Source: Candidatus Parcubacteria bacterium
Lineage (GTDB): Bacteria > Patescibacteriota > Minisyncoccia > Phycocordibacterales > UBA918
Assembly: GCA_046050355.1 (NCBI GenBank)
Contig: JBJOPW010000003.1
Span: 11,922 to 75,921 of the forward strand
Length of the DNA: 64,000 nucleotides
Direction of reading: 5' to 3'
The translations under genes and the position numbers were made by a program. Positions 18,906 to 28,509 of this stretch are shown one piece after another (the first letter of the stretch is position 1; the number at the start of each line of letters is the position of its first letter). The notes below the pieces were generated by a model that did not search any database, had not been told where the DNA came from, and was given only the letters and a program-made list of their open reading frames with translations.

Positions 18906-19382
18906 TTACTTTTCTGCTTTTAATATGGCTTTGAGATCTTTCAGTAGGTCAAGCGCATGGGTAGCTGGATCAACTTCAGGATAGACTTTGGCTACTTTAC
19001 CGTCTCGCCCAATAAGGTACGAAATACGGTTAGTACCACGAACTTCTTTACCGTACATCTTTTTTACGACAAAGGCGCCGTACTTGTCCATCATCTCCAT
19101 AGTAGGATCAGAGAGGAGCGTAAATGGTAGTGCGTATTTCTCGGCAAACTTCTTGTGGGACTTTGCGGTGTCTTTGCTAACTCCAAAAACATTCACCTTC
19201 ATCCGTTTGAAGTCTTTGTAGACATCGGCAATCATGCAGGCTTCTTTGGTACAGCCAGGCGTATCATCCTTGGGATAAAAGTAGATAATCGTCCACTGCC
19301 CCATTAATTCCTTGTGGGTATGGGTAACTCCATCTTGATCAACGAGTGAAAACGCTGAGGCTTTTTTACCAATTTTTAGCAT
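18906..19382 (-). CDS. bcp: thiol peroxidase / peroxiredoxin Bcp
   Basis: FYPKDDTPGCTKEAC peroxidatic Cys motif. Confidence 0.9.
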   Translation of the reverse strand: MLKIGKKASAFSLVDQDGVTHTHKELMGQWTIIYFYPKDDTPGCTKEACMIADVYKDFKRMKVNVFGVSKDTAKSHKKFAEKYALPFTLLSDPTMEMMDKYGAFVVKKMYGKEVRGTNRISYLIGRDGKVAKVYPEVDPATHALDLLKDLKAILKAEK

Positions 19383-19464
19383 ATCTTCGAGTATAACAAA
19401 TTCTCTTTTGATACTGCCAGAGACACTTACGGCCCGCGTGGGAGAGGCGGGCCGGTGACTTTGG

Positions 19465-19677
19465 TTAGCGGGCGGTGACCTGAAGTCGGGTTTCGGCGAG
19501 GCGACGCGTGAGCACTGCTGTCCTCACCAAAACGTGACGGTCTGTCTGATCACATTGACGACACTCGCTAAGGACAACCTCGTATTGACTGGCATCAAAG
19601 CGCGAAACGAATTCCAGCTCCTGCTCGTAGGTCTCATCAAAGTCCGCGAAAGGGTCAGCGACGGGGTCGGGCTGCAT
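19465..19677 (-). CDS. hypothetical small acidic protein
   Basis: 70-aa ORF followed on the minus strand by hairpin 19429-19455. Weak evidence. Confidence 0.25.
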   Translation of the reverse strand: MQPDPVADPFADFDETYEQELEFVSRFDASQYEVVLSECRQCDQTDRHVLVRTAVLTRRLAETRLQVTAR

Positions 19678-19785
19678 GGTTACCTCGCTAGATAAGAAGA
19701 GCTTATGTTTTTAATTTATGCTACCGTGCCGCACTTGGCAAGACTTTAGTCATTAACATGATTGCCAAAAGACTAGGCCTGCCTC

Positions 19786-20637
19786 ATGTATAATTTCCAT
19801 ATTATGGAGAGACTCAGATCGACCGAATCTACCGATTTGGAAATGTTTAGTCAGCCAGTATTTAACCAGTTGACTATGAAAGCAACACAGGTCAATCGCT
19901 CTGCCTCGTTGGATATGGAGCCATTTATTGATCTGTATGGTTTAGCTAAAGTAAAAGAAGATTATAGTAAAATCGCGGGGAAAATACTTAGCTATGATAA
20001 ACCCATTTCAAAGGCTGAGGCGATGGGTCCAATTTTTGAAGCGGCATTTTTGGATATAGGACAGAGAGGTCAGTGGTTTGGGGAAAATAGTGAACTAGTC
20101 CGAGCCTCTAAGTTTGACGACATTGAAAATGGCATTGATACCATAGCGACGATGGTGGCACCAGACACTAGCGCTAGACATTTGGCAATTGCGTCAGATC
20201 TAACATTTAGTTACCCCAAAGTGAGTGCGAAGTTCAATCGAATAGTCACTGACGCATTTCGAGGTAAATTAGCGGAAATAAAATATTTTCATTCAGAATT
20301 ACTCCATTTTACCGGGAAACAGTCAAATGTCCCTCGTACCGTCATAGGTCTCGAATCAAAAAATCTTAACCAGATGTTACTCCGTTGGCTCAAAGAACCA
20401 GAACTGACACAATTACAGTATGGTTCAATAATCATGCAACAAATCGCTGCTCAGTGTGAAACGCTGTCCTTAGTAGCTTACTCAAAACATAAAGATGCTT
20501 TTGGTGCTTACCGTCGCGTTGCTGACACTGCTCACATCCTACTTCGGACACACTATAAAGATATTGAACCGCCTGAAGATAAGATCCTTGATGCGATTAA
20601 AGGTCAAAGTGCTCGCTTAAAATCTGAATTTTCATAA
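19786..20637 (+). CDS. hypothetical protein, AT-rich, immediately upstream of tRNA-Val
   Basis: 283-aa ORF with low GC. No motif recognised. Confidence 0.45.
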   Translation: MYNFHIMERLRSTESTDLEMFSQPVFNQLTMKATQVNRSASLDMEPFIDLYGLAKVKEDYSKIAGKILSYDKPISKAEAMGPIFEAAFLDIGQRGQWFGENSELVRASKFDDIENGIDTIATMVAPDTSARHLAIASDLTFSYPKVSAKFNRIVTDAFRGKLAEIKYFHSELLHFTGKQSNVPRTVIGLESKNLNQMLLRWLKEPELTQLQYGSIIMQQIAAQCETLSLVAYSKHKDAFGAYRRVADTAHILLRTHYKDIEPPEDKILDAIKGQSARLKSEFS

Positions 20638-20687
20638 GACTTGTTGTCATTGCATATCGAGTATATTTCAGTATACTAATCCCACCC

Positions 20688-20759
20688 GACCGATTAGCTC
20701 AGTGGTAGAGCGCTTCGTTGACATCGAAGAGGCCACAAGTTCAATCCTTGTATCGGTCA
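20688..20759 (+). tRNA. tRNA-Val (anticodon GAC)
   Basis: Acceptor GACCGAT/ATCGGTC, anticodon stem CTTCG/CGAAG with loop TTGACAT, T-arm ACAAG-TTCAATC-CTTGT. CCA not encoded. Confidence 0.8.
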
Positions 20760-20763
20760 CAGT

Positions 20764-21627
20764 ATGGATGCCATTTTAAAAGACACCGTTATCATCTACC
20801 ACGGCGACTGTCCCGATGGCTTTGGGGCCGCCTACGCCGCCTGGAAGAAGTTTGGTGATACCGCCACCTACCTCCCGTGGAAAGATCATGGGGTCCTTCC
20901 AAGCGGACTCGTAGATAAAAGTATCTTTATTGTCGACTTCTCTTTTCATACCCCTCTGCTGAAGCAACTGAACGACACGAACACAAGTGTCGTCGTCATC
21001 GACCATCACGTCTCGGCTGAAGCTGATGTGCGCATATACCCGCAGAACATCTTTGATAACAATCACTCTGGTTGTGTACTGGCCTGGCAGTACTTCCACC
21101 CTGGGGTACCAGTACCTAATGTACTGCTATATGTTGAGGATCACGACCTGTGGCGTTTTGCACTCATCGAACATCGTGAGTTTAATGTCGCGTTGCACGA
21201 AGAAGTATCGTTTGATTTTGTAGCATGGGACAATCTCATCGAGCGATTGAAAGACGAAAACAATCTCATCAACTTTATAGCCAAAGGTGCCCTCCTCGCG
21301 AAGTTTGAAGACAAAATTGTAAACAAGATATTTTCTTACCGAGAGAAAGTCATCTTTGAAGGTATCGAATGTTATGCGATTAACGCCAGTCGGTATTATC
21401 GGAGTATCCTTGGCAACATGCTCGCCGAATTAAACGAGAATGAGGGTCGTCTACCACTTGGAATCGTATACTATCGCAGTCATGGTCGAGTGAACATATC
21501 ACTTAGAAGTAAAGGTAGGGTAGATGTCGCTAGCATAGCGGCCAAGTTTGGTGGCGGCGGACACAAGCATGCTGCTGGGATTGAGGTCAAAAACTTCCGC
21601 GACTTACCGTTTGCATTTGTAGAATAA
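20764..21627 (+). CDS. nrnA: DHH-family phosphoesterase (NrnA-like nanoRNase/pAp phosphatase)
   Basis: DHH motif (VVIDHH) and DHHA1 GGGGHKHAAG motif. Confidence 0.8.
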   Translation: MDAILKDTVIIYHGDCPDGFGAAYAAWKKFGDTATYLPWKDHGVLPSGLVDKSIFIVDFSFHTPLLKQLNDTNTSVVVIDHHVSAEADVRIYPQNIFDNNHSGCVLAWQYFHPGVPVPNVLLYVEDHDLWRFALIEHREFNVALHEEVSFDFVAWDNLIERLKDENNLINFIAKGALLAKFEDKIVNKIFSYREKVIFEGIECYAINASRYYRSILGNMLAELNENEGRLPLGIVYYRSHGRVNISLRSKGRVDVASIAAKFGGGGHKHAAGIEVKNFRDLPFAFVE

Positions 21628-21676
21628 TCTTATAACCATTCCATTTCTTCCATTTCGTGGTATAACTGGTCACGTT

Positions 21677-22846
21677 ATGCGTATTCTCTCGATTGAAACT
21701 AGCTGCGACGAAACCGCCATCAGCATTGTTGATGTTGAGAGTGAATTCCCGACCGCTACCTACACCGTCCTTGGTAATGCACTGTTTTCACAAGTCGACC
21801 TCCACAAAGAGTATGGGGGTGTCTTCCCGATGATCGCAAAGCGTGAACACGCGAAGACCCTTGTTCCCATGCTTGAAAAAGCCCTCAAGGAAGCCGAACT
21901 CTACGAAGCGGGCGAAACCGTAGTGGAAGATATGGCCAAGCTCCGTGAGACCCTCAGTCGCGAAGACGGTCTCGCTGATGACTTTATCGCCTTCCTCGCT
22001 CACACCCATCTCCCAGAAATAGACATGATTGCGGTCACCAGTGGTCCTGGCCTCGAGCCAGCGCTCTGGGTCGGCGTGAGTTTCGGGAAAGCGCTGGCGG
22101 CAGTGCTTGGCTGCCCCGTCATTCCGGTCAATCATATGGAAGGACATATCCTTGCCTCACTCTACGATGTCGAGGTCGATGACGCACTGGCACCAATACA
22201 GTTCCCAGCGCTCGCCCTCCTCGTCTCGGGTGGACACACCGAACTCATCCTCATGAAGAACTGGGGCCAGTACAAAAAAATTGGTCAGACCCGTGACGAT
22301 GCGGTGGGTGAAGCTTTTGATAAAGTCGCACGCCTGATGGGGCTCCCCTACCCGGGGGGACCCGAAATTGGTCGCCGGGCCGCGATAGCGCGCACCGCGA
22401 ACCTTCCCCACTACGGCGACAAGGTACTGCCCCGTCCAATGATACACAGTGATGATTTTGATTTCTCGTATGCAGGACTCAAGACCGCGGTACGCAATCT
22501 CGTTGGCGACAAGACACTCTCAGAAGACGAAAAGAACGCTCTCTCCCGCGACTTTGAAGACGCGGCTATTGAGTCACTCTACACAAAGACGGTAAAAGCG
22601 ATTGACCACTACGGTATCAATACCCTCATCATCGGCGGCGGGGTCTCAGCGAACAGCTTCCTCCGTCAGACCTTTACCGAAAAGCTCCTTGCGACCCATC
22701 CTCATATCGAGGTCTACCTCCCCCACCGCCACCTCTCAACTGACAATAGTGTCATGATTGCGCTCGCTGGCCACGCACAACTCGCTACCGCTCGCTCTGC
22801 CGGAGCCATAGCCTATATCCGCGCCGACGGCAACCGCTCGCTTTAA
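21677..22846 (+). CDS. tsaD: tRNA N6-adenosine threonylcarbamoyltransferase TsaD
   Basis: MRILSIETSCDETAISIV N-terminus, HMEGH, GGGVSAN. Confidence 0.9.
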   Translation: MRILSIETSCDETAISIVDVESEFPTATYTVLGNALFSQVDLHKEYGGVFPMIAKREHAKTLVPMLEKALKEAELYEAGETVVEDMAKLRETLSREDGLADDFIAFLAHTHLPEIDMIAVTSGPGLEPALWVGVSFGKALAAVLGCPVIPVNHMEGHILASLYDVEVDDALAPIQFPALALLVSGGHTELILMKNWGQYKKIGQTRDDAVGEAFDKVARLMGLPYPGGPEIGRRAAIARTANLPHYGDKVLPRPMIHSDDFDFSYAGLKTAVRNLVGDKTLSEDEKNALSRDFEDAAIESLYTKTVKAIDHYGINTLIIGGGVSANSFLRQTFTEKLLATHPHIEVYLPHRHLSTDNSVMIALAGHAQLATARSAGAIAYIRADGNRSL

Positions 22847-22850
22847 AGAT

Positions 22851-23354
22851 ATGACCAATAATATTGAGCGGCTGGGTCACAGTAAAGACAATAAGGTTTT
22901 ATACCTTGATCTTGACTCCTCACATGCAATCACCCATTTTGCCAAACATAAAAACTTAAAAGCTCTCATAAGTGAGCACATCAGCAACATAGTACTTGAT
23001 ACACCGATAGTTCGTGTTGAAATCGACACAGGGAGTGAAGTAGGTCTCTGTGACTTGGTTACTACCAACGAAACAGACGAGATAGTGTATGCGAAGCGCC
23101 CGCTCCGACATACCTACTCTAGGTTTGCTAAAAACCGCCAGAGCGAACCAACGACCTGGTTTGTACTAGATATTCGTAAACAGCAAAGTGGCAATTATTT
23201 TCTGTACACAGCTTTTATTGGTCGTCTAACCCCTTCGTTTCCAGGTGGAGACTTTCTTCCTGAGCAGAGTCGAGACTTCTGGAGTAATCATGCTCTCGTT
23301 TGGGGTTCACAAGATGTTCTTCCAGATAGCGAAACCACCAACTGTCCTTGGTAA
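22851..23354 (+). CDS. hypothetical protein
   Basis: 167-aa ORF, 4 nt after tsaD. No motif recognised. Confidence 0.4.
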   Translation: MTNNIERLGHSKDNKVLYLDLDSSHAITHFAKHKNLKALISEHISNIVLDTPIVRVEIDTGSEVGLCDLVTTNETDEIVYAKRPLRHTYSRFAKNRQSEPTTWFVLDIRKQQSGNYFLYTAFIGRLTPSFPGGDFLPEQSRDFWSNHALVWGSQDVLPDSETTNCPW

Positions 23355-23498
23355 GGTTACGTACTTGCACAACAATACGTCTGTGCTATATTCAAACTAT
23401 AACCCATGAAGCACACATTTGTAACCTATTTCTATTTTTGGTTTACGAAGCGGGAACACCGTGGTGCTTTTGTGATGAAATAGAAATAGAAAGATAAT

Positions 23499-23545
23499 CA
23501 CAAAACAGTGCGGGGTTCCCTACGGGAACCCCGCACTGTTTTGTG
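23499..23545. terminator. perfect 22-bp stem hairpin (bidirectional terminator-like)
   Basis: cacaaaacagtgcggggttccc-tac-gggaaccccgcactgttttgtg. Confidence 0.7.
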
Positions 23546-23550
23546 TAGGC

Positions 23551-23591
23551 CGCTCCTCTTGACCTAGGGTACCCCTAGGTCAAGAGGAGCG
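23551..23591. repeat. second perfect palindrome (19-bp stem, tac loop) adjacent to the first
   Basis: cgctcctcttgacctaggg-tac-ccctaggtcaagaggagcg. Confidence 0.6.
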
Positions 23592-23641
23592 ACCGGCAAC
23601 CACGCCGGAAGCGCAAAAATGTTCCAACACGGAGACGATAC

Positions 23642-23833
23642 ATGACGTTTGTTCCAACTGGTAACCAAGGTCCATTTCCGCCCAAACCTGGGAAGAGGCT
23701 GGGACCAAGTCGCGAACGTGGCGAGCACCTCAACCGCACCCATGACGGGGCCGATAAACTTGGTACAACCGAACCGCAACAGCCATCACCTGAGGATGAC
23801 ATCGTGGGGTGGCCTCGGGCAGATCAATTGTAG
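23642..23833 (+). CDS. putative small hydrophilic protein (63 aa) in a hairpin-insulated unit
   Basis: GGAGA Shine-Dalgarno 6 nt upstream of ATG. Flanked by palindromes upstream and terminator 23855-23884 downstream. Pro/Gly-rich, no TM. Confidence 0.3.
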   Translation: MTFVPTGNQGPFPPKPGKRLGPSRERGEHLNRTHDGADKLGTTEPQQPSPEDDIVGWPRADQL

Positions 23834-23854
23834 GTCTATAAGCAGTACTCATTC

Positions 23855-23884
23855 GCCCGCGCACCTGCGCGGGCTTTCTTTTTG
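23855..23884 (+). terminator. rho-independent terminator
   Basis: gcccgcgc-acct-gcgcgggc followed by TTTCTTTTT. Confidence 0.75.
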
Positions 23885-23886
23885 GT

Positions 23887-23937
23887 CGAGGTCTTGCCTC
23901 GTCTCAGCATATGTACCACGTACGAGGCAAGACCTCG
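23887..23937. repeat. 16-bp inverted repeat with 19-nt loop upstream of valS
   Basis: cgaggtcttgcctcgt ... acgaggcaagacctcg. Confidence 0.55.
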
Positions 23938-24052
23938 TACTTGATATTTCCGGTTTAATTTTCAATATTCAATGTTCTCTATTCTATATTTTTGTGCTAC
24001 GATGCGACTACTATGAGTGAGTTTATTCCGTTAGAAATCAACGTTTATTATT

Positions 24053-26269
24053 ATGGAAAACAATACAAATAACATGAATGGGGCTTCTCAAAGCCCAATT
24101 TCTAACGGGACGAGTCAAGGTCAAAGTACCACCCCAGCCCTCTTTACCAGTCCCTATAATCCGGCCGACCACGAAGCCCGTATCTATGAGCTATGGGAGC
24201 AGTCAGGTTATTTCAATCCAGACAATTTGCCCGGGGACCGGACTGAGCCTTTTGCTGTGGTGATGCCACCACCAAACGCCAATGCCTCACTCCATGCTGG
24301 CCATGCCCTGTTTGTGACCATTGAAGACATCATGATTCGCTACGAGCGTATGAGGGGTAAGAAGGCTGTGTGGTTCCCAGGCTCAGACCATGCTGGTTTT
24401 GAGACCCAAGTGGTGTACGAAAAGCATCTTGAGAAAGAGGGTCGTTCACGTTTCCAGATGACTCGCGAAGAACTGTATGGTGAAATCTACGATTTCGTAC
24501 AAAAGAATAAAAGCATGATGCAGAACCAGGTACGCTCACTTGGTGCATCCTGCGACTGGTCACGCCAGCTTTTTACCCTTGATGATCGCGTGAAGCGCAT
24601 CGTCTATGAGACCTTCAAACAGCTCGAAACCGACGAACTCCTCTATCGTGGTGCTCGTTCGAGTAACTGGTGCCCGAAGCATCAGACCTCATTCTCGAAT
24701 CTTGAAGTAGAACACGAGGAACGAACCGAACCATTTTATTACTTTCAATACGGACCATTTGTGATTGGTACGGCTCGTCCGGAGACCAAGTTCGGTGACA
24801 AGTATGTCGTCATGCACCCAGATGATGCGCGGTACGCACAGTACACCCACGGACAACAAATCGAGATGGAGTGGATCAATGGGCCGATTACCGCCACTGT
24901 CATCAAAGACGAAGCCGGTGACCCGGAGCTCGGTACCGGTGTAATGACTATCACCCCCTGGCATTCTGGTATCGACTTTGAAATCGCGAAGCGTCACAAT
25001 CTAGACTACGAACAGATCATCGACTGGCGCGGGAAGCTCCTCCCGATTGCCGGTGAGTTCGCTGGCCAGGATATTCGTGAAGCCCGTAAGTTGATTGTCG
25101 AGAAGCTCAAAGAAAAGGGACTCCTTGTCAAAATTGATGAAGGGTACCACCACGCGGTCCCCTGCTGCTACAAGTGTGGTCGTGAGATTGAACCACAGAT
25201 TAAAGAGCAGTGGTTCGTCAACATGAAGCCACTGGCTGCCAAAGCTATTGAAGCTCTTGATGCTGGTCGCTACAGCTTCGTCACAGAACGTGATGAGCGC
25301 GTGTTCCGTCATTGGCTCTCAAATATCGAAGACTGGCCAATCGCCCGCCAGATTGCCTGGGGTATTCCCATTCCTGCCAAGGTCTGTACCGTATGTCATC
25401 ACGGCATGGTCGACCTCGACAATACCATCACTGCCTGCACCAAGTGCGGTGGTACAGTCGAGCAGGAACAAGATACCTTTGATACTTGGTTCTCCTCTGG
25501 CCAGTGGCCACTGTGTGTGACCGACTTTGGTGGTGAGGGTAGCGACTTCAAAACTTTCTACCCCACCGCAGTGATGGAAACGGGCAAAGACATAGTCTTC
25601 TTTTGGGTGGCGCGGATGGTGATGCTCGGTCTCTACCGCACCGGTGAAGTACCATTTAAGAAAATCTACCTCCACGGTATGGTGCGGGACAAGCACGGCA
25701 AAAAGATGAGTAAGAGTAAAGGCAACGTGATAGCACCGAGCGAGATTCAAGAAAAGTACGGGACTGATGCACTCCGCATGGGTCTCATGATGAACAATGT
25801 GCCCGGGACCGATATGAACCTCGATCCAGACAAGGTCAATGCGCACAAGAAGTTCGCCAACAAACTCTGGAACATCACCCGCTTTGTGCTTGATAACACC
25901 GCCGACTACACACCACAGCCACCGCATACCGCCGCTGACCAAGCCTTCGAGGACGCAAATCTCCACCCGATGGTTGCGGAGATTAACAAAGACATGGCCG
26001 CTGACCGTTTTGACCTCGCTGCCGAAAAGATCTACCACTTCGTTTGGGACCACTTCGCGAGTCAGGTAATCGAAGAGAGTAAGATACTTCTCGCTGGTTC
26101 ACCCGCAGAACGTGCATCCCGCCAGCGCATGCTCACCCATTACCTCGTAACGTCACTCAAACTCCTCCACCCATTTATGCCGTTTGTGACCGAGGCCATC
26201 TGGCAGGAGCTACCAGCACACATGAAAGATGCAGAGATACTGATGATTGCATCTTGGCCAAAGGCATAA
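24053..26269 (+). CDS. valS: valyl-tRNA synthetase (short form lacking C-terminal coiled-coil)
   Basis: HIGH-class motif (PPPNANASLHAGHA) and KMSKS; editing-domain and Zn-knuckle (CCYKCG) regions. 738 aa. Confidence 0.8.
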   Translation: MENNTNNMNGASQSPISNGTSQGQSTTPALFTSPYNPADHEARIYELWEQSGYFNPDNLPGDRTEPFAVVMPPPNANASLHAGHALFVTIEDIMIRYERMRGKKAVWFPGSDHAGFETQVVYEKHLEKEGRSRFQMTREELYGEIYDFVQKNKSMMQNQVRSLGASCDWSRQLFTLDDRVKRIVYETFKQLETDELLYRGARSSNWCPKHQTSFSNLEVEHEERTEPFYYFQYGPFVIGTARPETKFGDKYVVMHPDDARYAQYTHGQQIEMEWINGPITATVIKDEAGDPELGTGVMTITPWHSGIDFEIAKRHNLDYEQIIDWRGKLLPIAGEFAGQDIREARKLIVEKLKEKGLLVKIDEGYHHAVPCCYKCGREIEPQIKEQWFVNMKPLAAKAIEALDAGRYSFVTERDERVFRHWLSNIEDWPIARQIAWGIPIPAKVCTVCHHGMVDLDNTITACTKCGGTVEQEQDTFDTWFSSGQWPLCVTDFGGEGSDFKTFYPTAVMETGKDIVFFWVARMVMLGLYRTGEVPFKKIYLHGMVRDKHGKKMSKSKGNVIAPSEIQEKYGTDALRMGLMMNNVPGTDMNLDPDKVNAHKKFANKLWNITRFVLDNTADYTPQPPHTAADQAFEDANLHPMVAEINKDMAADRFDLAAEKIYHFVWDHFASQVIEESKILLAGSPAERASRQRMLTHYLVTSLKLLHPFMPFVTEAIWQELPAHMKDAEILMIASWPKA

Positions 26270-26384
26270 CGTGGTACGATCGACTATTTTGGAAATCGCC
26301 TCAAATGAGGCGATTTCCTTTTCCCCGTATCGGGCTTTCTCGCCACTATTCGCAAGACTACGCCTGCTACAATGTTAAGACACT

Positions 26385-27083
26385 ATGGACATTACTCCAG
26401 CAGCCTTCGCTATCGCTGCCGTCTCAGGACTGGTACCGGCGCTATTTTGGCTTTGGTTCTGGCTTCGCGAAGATAAGGTAAAACCTGAACCAATCCTCCT
26501 TATCGTCATCACCTTTATTGCCGGCATGGCAGTAGTACCACTTGCCCTTCCACTCCAGAAGCTTGCTATTGAATTATATATTGGCACCAGTCTGGTGGTA
26601 GCGTGGGTCATTATTGAAGAAACCCTCAAATATGCGCTCGCTGTCCTCATTATCCTTTGGAACCGAGCCGTTGATGAGCCGATCGATATGATTATCTACA
26701 TGATCACCATCGCGCTTGGGTTTGCGGCGCTTGAAAATACCCTCTTTCTTCTCTCACCAGTCTCGGGTGGCGATTACATGAATTCGACCCTCACCGGTTC
26801 CTTCCGCTTTTTAGGCGCATCACTTCTCCATATCCTCGCCTCGGGGACTGTCGGAGTCTTCCTCGCTTTTGCCTTTTATAAGAGCAAACTCACACAAATC
26901 CTCTTTGGCATGCTGGGGTTATGCCTGGCTATTGTATTGCATGCTCTCTTTAACTTTTTTATAATTGATGCAAGTGGAGAAACTATCCTCGGTGTGTTTC
27001 TCTTCGTCTGGATAGGAATTATTATCCTGTTCTTCTTATTCGAAAAAGTCAAAGCTACCGAACGGAAGCAATTAGTACCTTAG
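26385..27083 (+). CDS. prsW: PrsW-family intramembrane metalloprotease
   Basis: EETLKY (EExxK), FAALENTLF (FxxxE), HILASG (HxxxxxxG) motifs in a polytopic membrane protein. Confidence 0.65.
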   Translation: MDITPAAFAIAAVSGLVPALFWLWFWLREDKVKPEPILLIVITFIAGMAVVPLALPLQKLAIELYIGTSLVVAWVIIEETLKYALAVLIILWNRAVDEPIDMIIYMITIALGFAALENTLFLLSPVSGGDYMNSTLTGSFRFLGASLLHILASGTVGVFLAFAFYKSKLTQILFGMLGLCLAIVLHALFNFFIIDASGETILGVFLFVWIGIIILFFLFEKVKATERKQLVP

Positions 27084-27093
27084 TTCCCTCTTT

Positions 27094-27609
27094 ATGAAAA
27101 AACCATCATTCCTCGACCGCCTCACTGGCAATGTACAACACGAAGACTACGATCGTGTTTTAGCTGACGACCACCATTTTGGCGACGACGAGGCTGAAGC
27201 AGTGGATGAATACGGGGAAGACGAAGACACCTGGCAAGACGGCAACACCCACGATCATACCCCCCAAGAAGGCGAACTACCGGTAGATATGTACCAAACA
27301 GCTGACGCTATTGTGATTCGTGCCTTGGTAGCAGGTGTCAGTCCAAACGATCTTGATATCGCCATCACGCGCGATATGGTCACTATTAAAGGTATGCGAG
27401 AAGAATACCAAGAATCATCAGACGACAACTACTTCCACCGCGAGCTCTTCTGGGGTTCATTCTCGCGGACCCTTCTCCTTCCTGAAGAAGTTGTTATCGA
27501 TGAAGCAGATGCCCAAGAAAAGCACGGCCTCCTTGAAATCCGTTTGCCAAAGCTTGATAAAAATCGCAGTACACAGCTGAGGGTTAAATCACAAGTTCAT
27601 AAGGCATAA
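27094..27609 (+). CDS. Hsp20/alpha-crystallin family small heat-shock protein
   Basis: Alpha-crystallin domain pattern (VD.Y.T.D...I.A.V.GV...D..I......V.I.G.R) and C-terminal LLEIRLPK. Confidence 0.8.
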   Translation: MKKPSFLDRLTGNVQHEDYDRVLADDHHFGDDEAEAVDEYGEDEDTWQDGNTHDHTPQEGELPVDMYQTADAIVIRALVAGVSPNDLDIAITRDMVTIKGMREEYQESSDDNYFHRELFWGSFSRTLLLPEEVVIDEADAQEKHGLLEIRLPKLDKNRSTQLRVKSQVHKA

Positions 27610-27610
27610 G

Positions 27611-27639
27611 AAAAGGCGGTCCCACGGGACCGCCTTTTT
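27611..27639. terminator. bidirectional terminator
   Basis: aaaaggcggtccc-acg-ggaccgcctttt. Confidence 0.75.
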
Positions 27640-27644
27640 CATTT

Positions 27645-27950
27645 TCACCAGCCATCGCGCGCCGCAAGATACTCCTTGCAGAACGACATTTGCTGCGAAG
27701 TCGTGAGCGGAATGTAATGCTGACGGCAACCGTAGTTCACCTCCGCATGCTCTTCATCATGATACGAAATGATGAGTTGCTTTTCCGTCACGATCGTCGT
27801 GCATGGCTGGAGACGAAACATTGTCGCCCAGTCGCGAATGATTTGTCGCGCGACCTGAAACTCCGCCACCGGCTGGAGCAATCGCTCGAGAGTCAGACAT
27901 CGAGAATCAGTACTCATCTGCAAAGAACCATCCATCTTGCTTTCCTCCAT
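27645..27950 (-). CDS. hypothetical Cys-containing small protein
   Basis: 101-aa ORF bounded by terminators. No family recognised. Confidence 0.35.
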   Translation of the reverse strand: MEESKMDGSLQMSTDSRCLTLERLLQPVAEFQVARQIIRDWATMFRLQPCTTIVTEKQLIISYHDEEHAEVNYGCRQHYIPLTTSQQMSFCKEYLAARDGW

Positions 27951-28004
27951 CTGTTGGGCACATACCCTGTTTGAACATTTCCGAGCCTCGTCATTTCACA
28001 ACCG

Positions 28005-28032
28005 AAAATCCGCCTCGGACGGCGGATTTTGA
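28005..28032. terminator. bidirectional hairpin terminator
   Basis: aaaatccgcc-tcggac-ggcggatttt. Confidence 0.6.
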
Positions 28033-28182
28033 ATGTCATCGGAGGAGATGCTCAAAAGCTACCGTCTGGTGCGGATAGTAGATACACAGGATGAGGAGAA
28101 ACTACTCCAGGTGGCGATGTGGTGGGTGAGCTTCATAGTGGTTTTATGATACTCCTTCAAATATTATTTGTCTAGATACTAC

Positions 28183-28509
28183 TCACAGCCCCAGTACTAC
28201 AGCAACTGTCTGGTCAACTTTTGATTGCACTTCCGACTCTAAACGACCAAGCTGTCCTAATACAATTTTTCGATCGAGGGTCGCAATTTTGTCACAGATT
28301 ATGTATGAAGCAATTTTAATCCCATTTTGTTGTGATGGCGTGATGGGTACTACAGCTACAGCTGGCGATTTATGTTTTGAGGAAATGAAGACGACAATAA
28401 CATCACTACCCTTAGCCTGCTTTGATAATACTAACGCCGGTCTCACTTTCTGTCCTGAAAGGTCGGTAAACGGAAACGGAATAAGAACAATATCACCACG
28501 CTTAGGCAT
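28183..28509 (-). CDS. mazF: MazF/PemK-family endoribonuclease toxin
   Basis: MPKRGDIVLIPFPFTDLSGQKVRPALVLS ... ICDKIATLD.K matches the PemK/MazF signature. Confidence 0.85.
   Translation of the reverse strand: MPKRGDIVLIPFPFTDLSGQKVRPALVLSKQAKGSDVIVVFISSKHKSPAVAVVPITPSQQNGIKIASYIICDKIATLDRKIVLGQLGRLESEVQSKVDQTVAVVLGL

Noticed and set aside
23800-23885. T-box riboswitch leader for valS
   Set aside because: GGGUGGCCUCGGG only loosely resembles the AGGGUGGNACCGCG T-box. The UGGC bulge would require discriminator G, but tRNA-Val here has A. No specifier-loop GUC arrangement was found.
23564-24020. ORFs 23564-23779(-), 23575-23802(-), 23649-24020(+) in the hairpin region
   Set aside because: They run through perfect palindromes and terminators and lack RBS. 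Only the 63-codon ORF 23642-23833, with its GGAGA SD, was kept as a low-confidence candidate.
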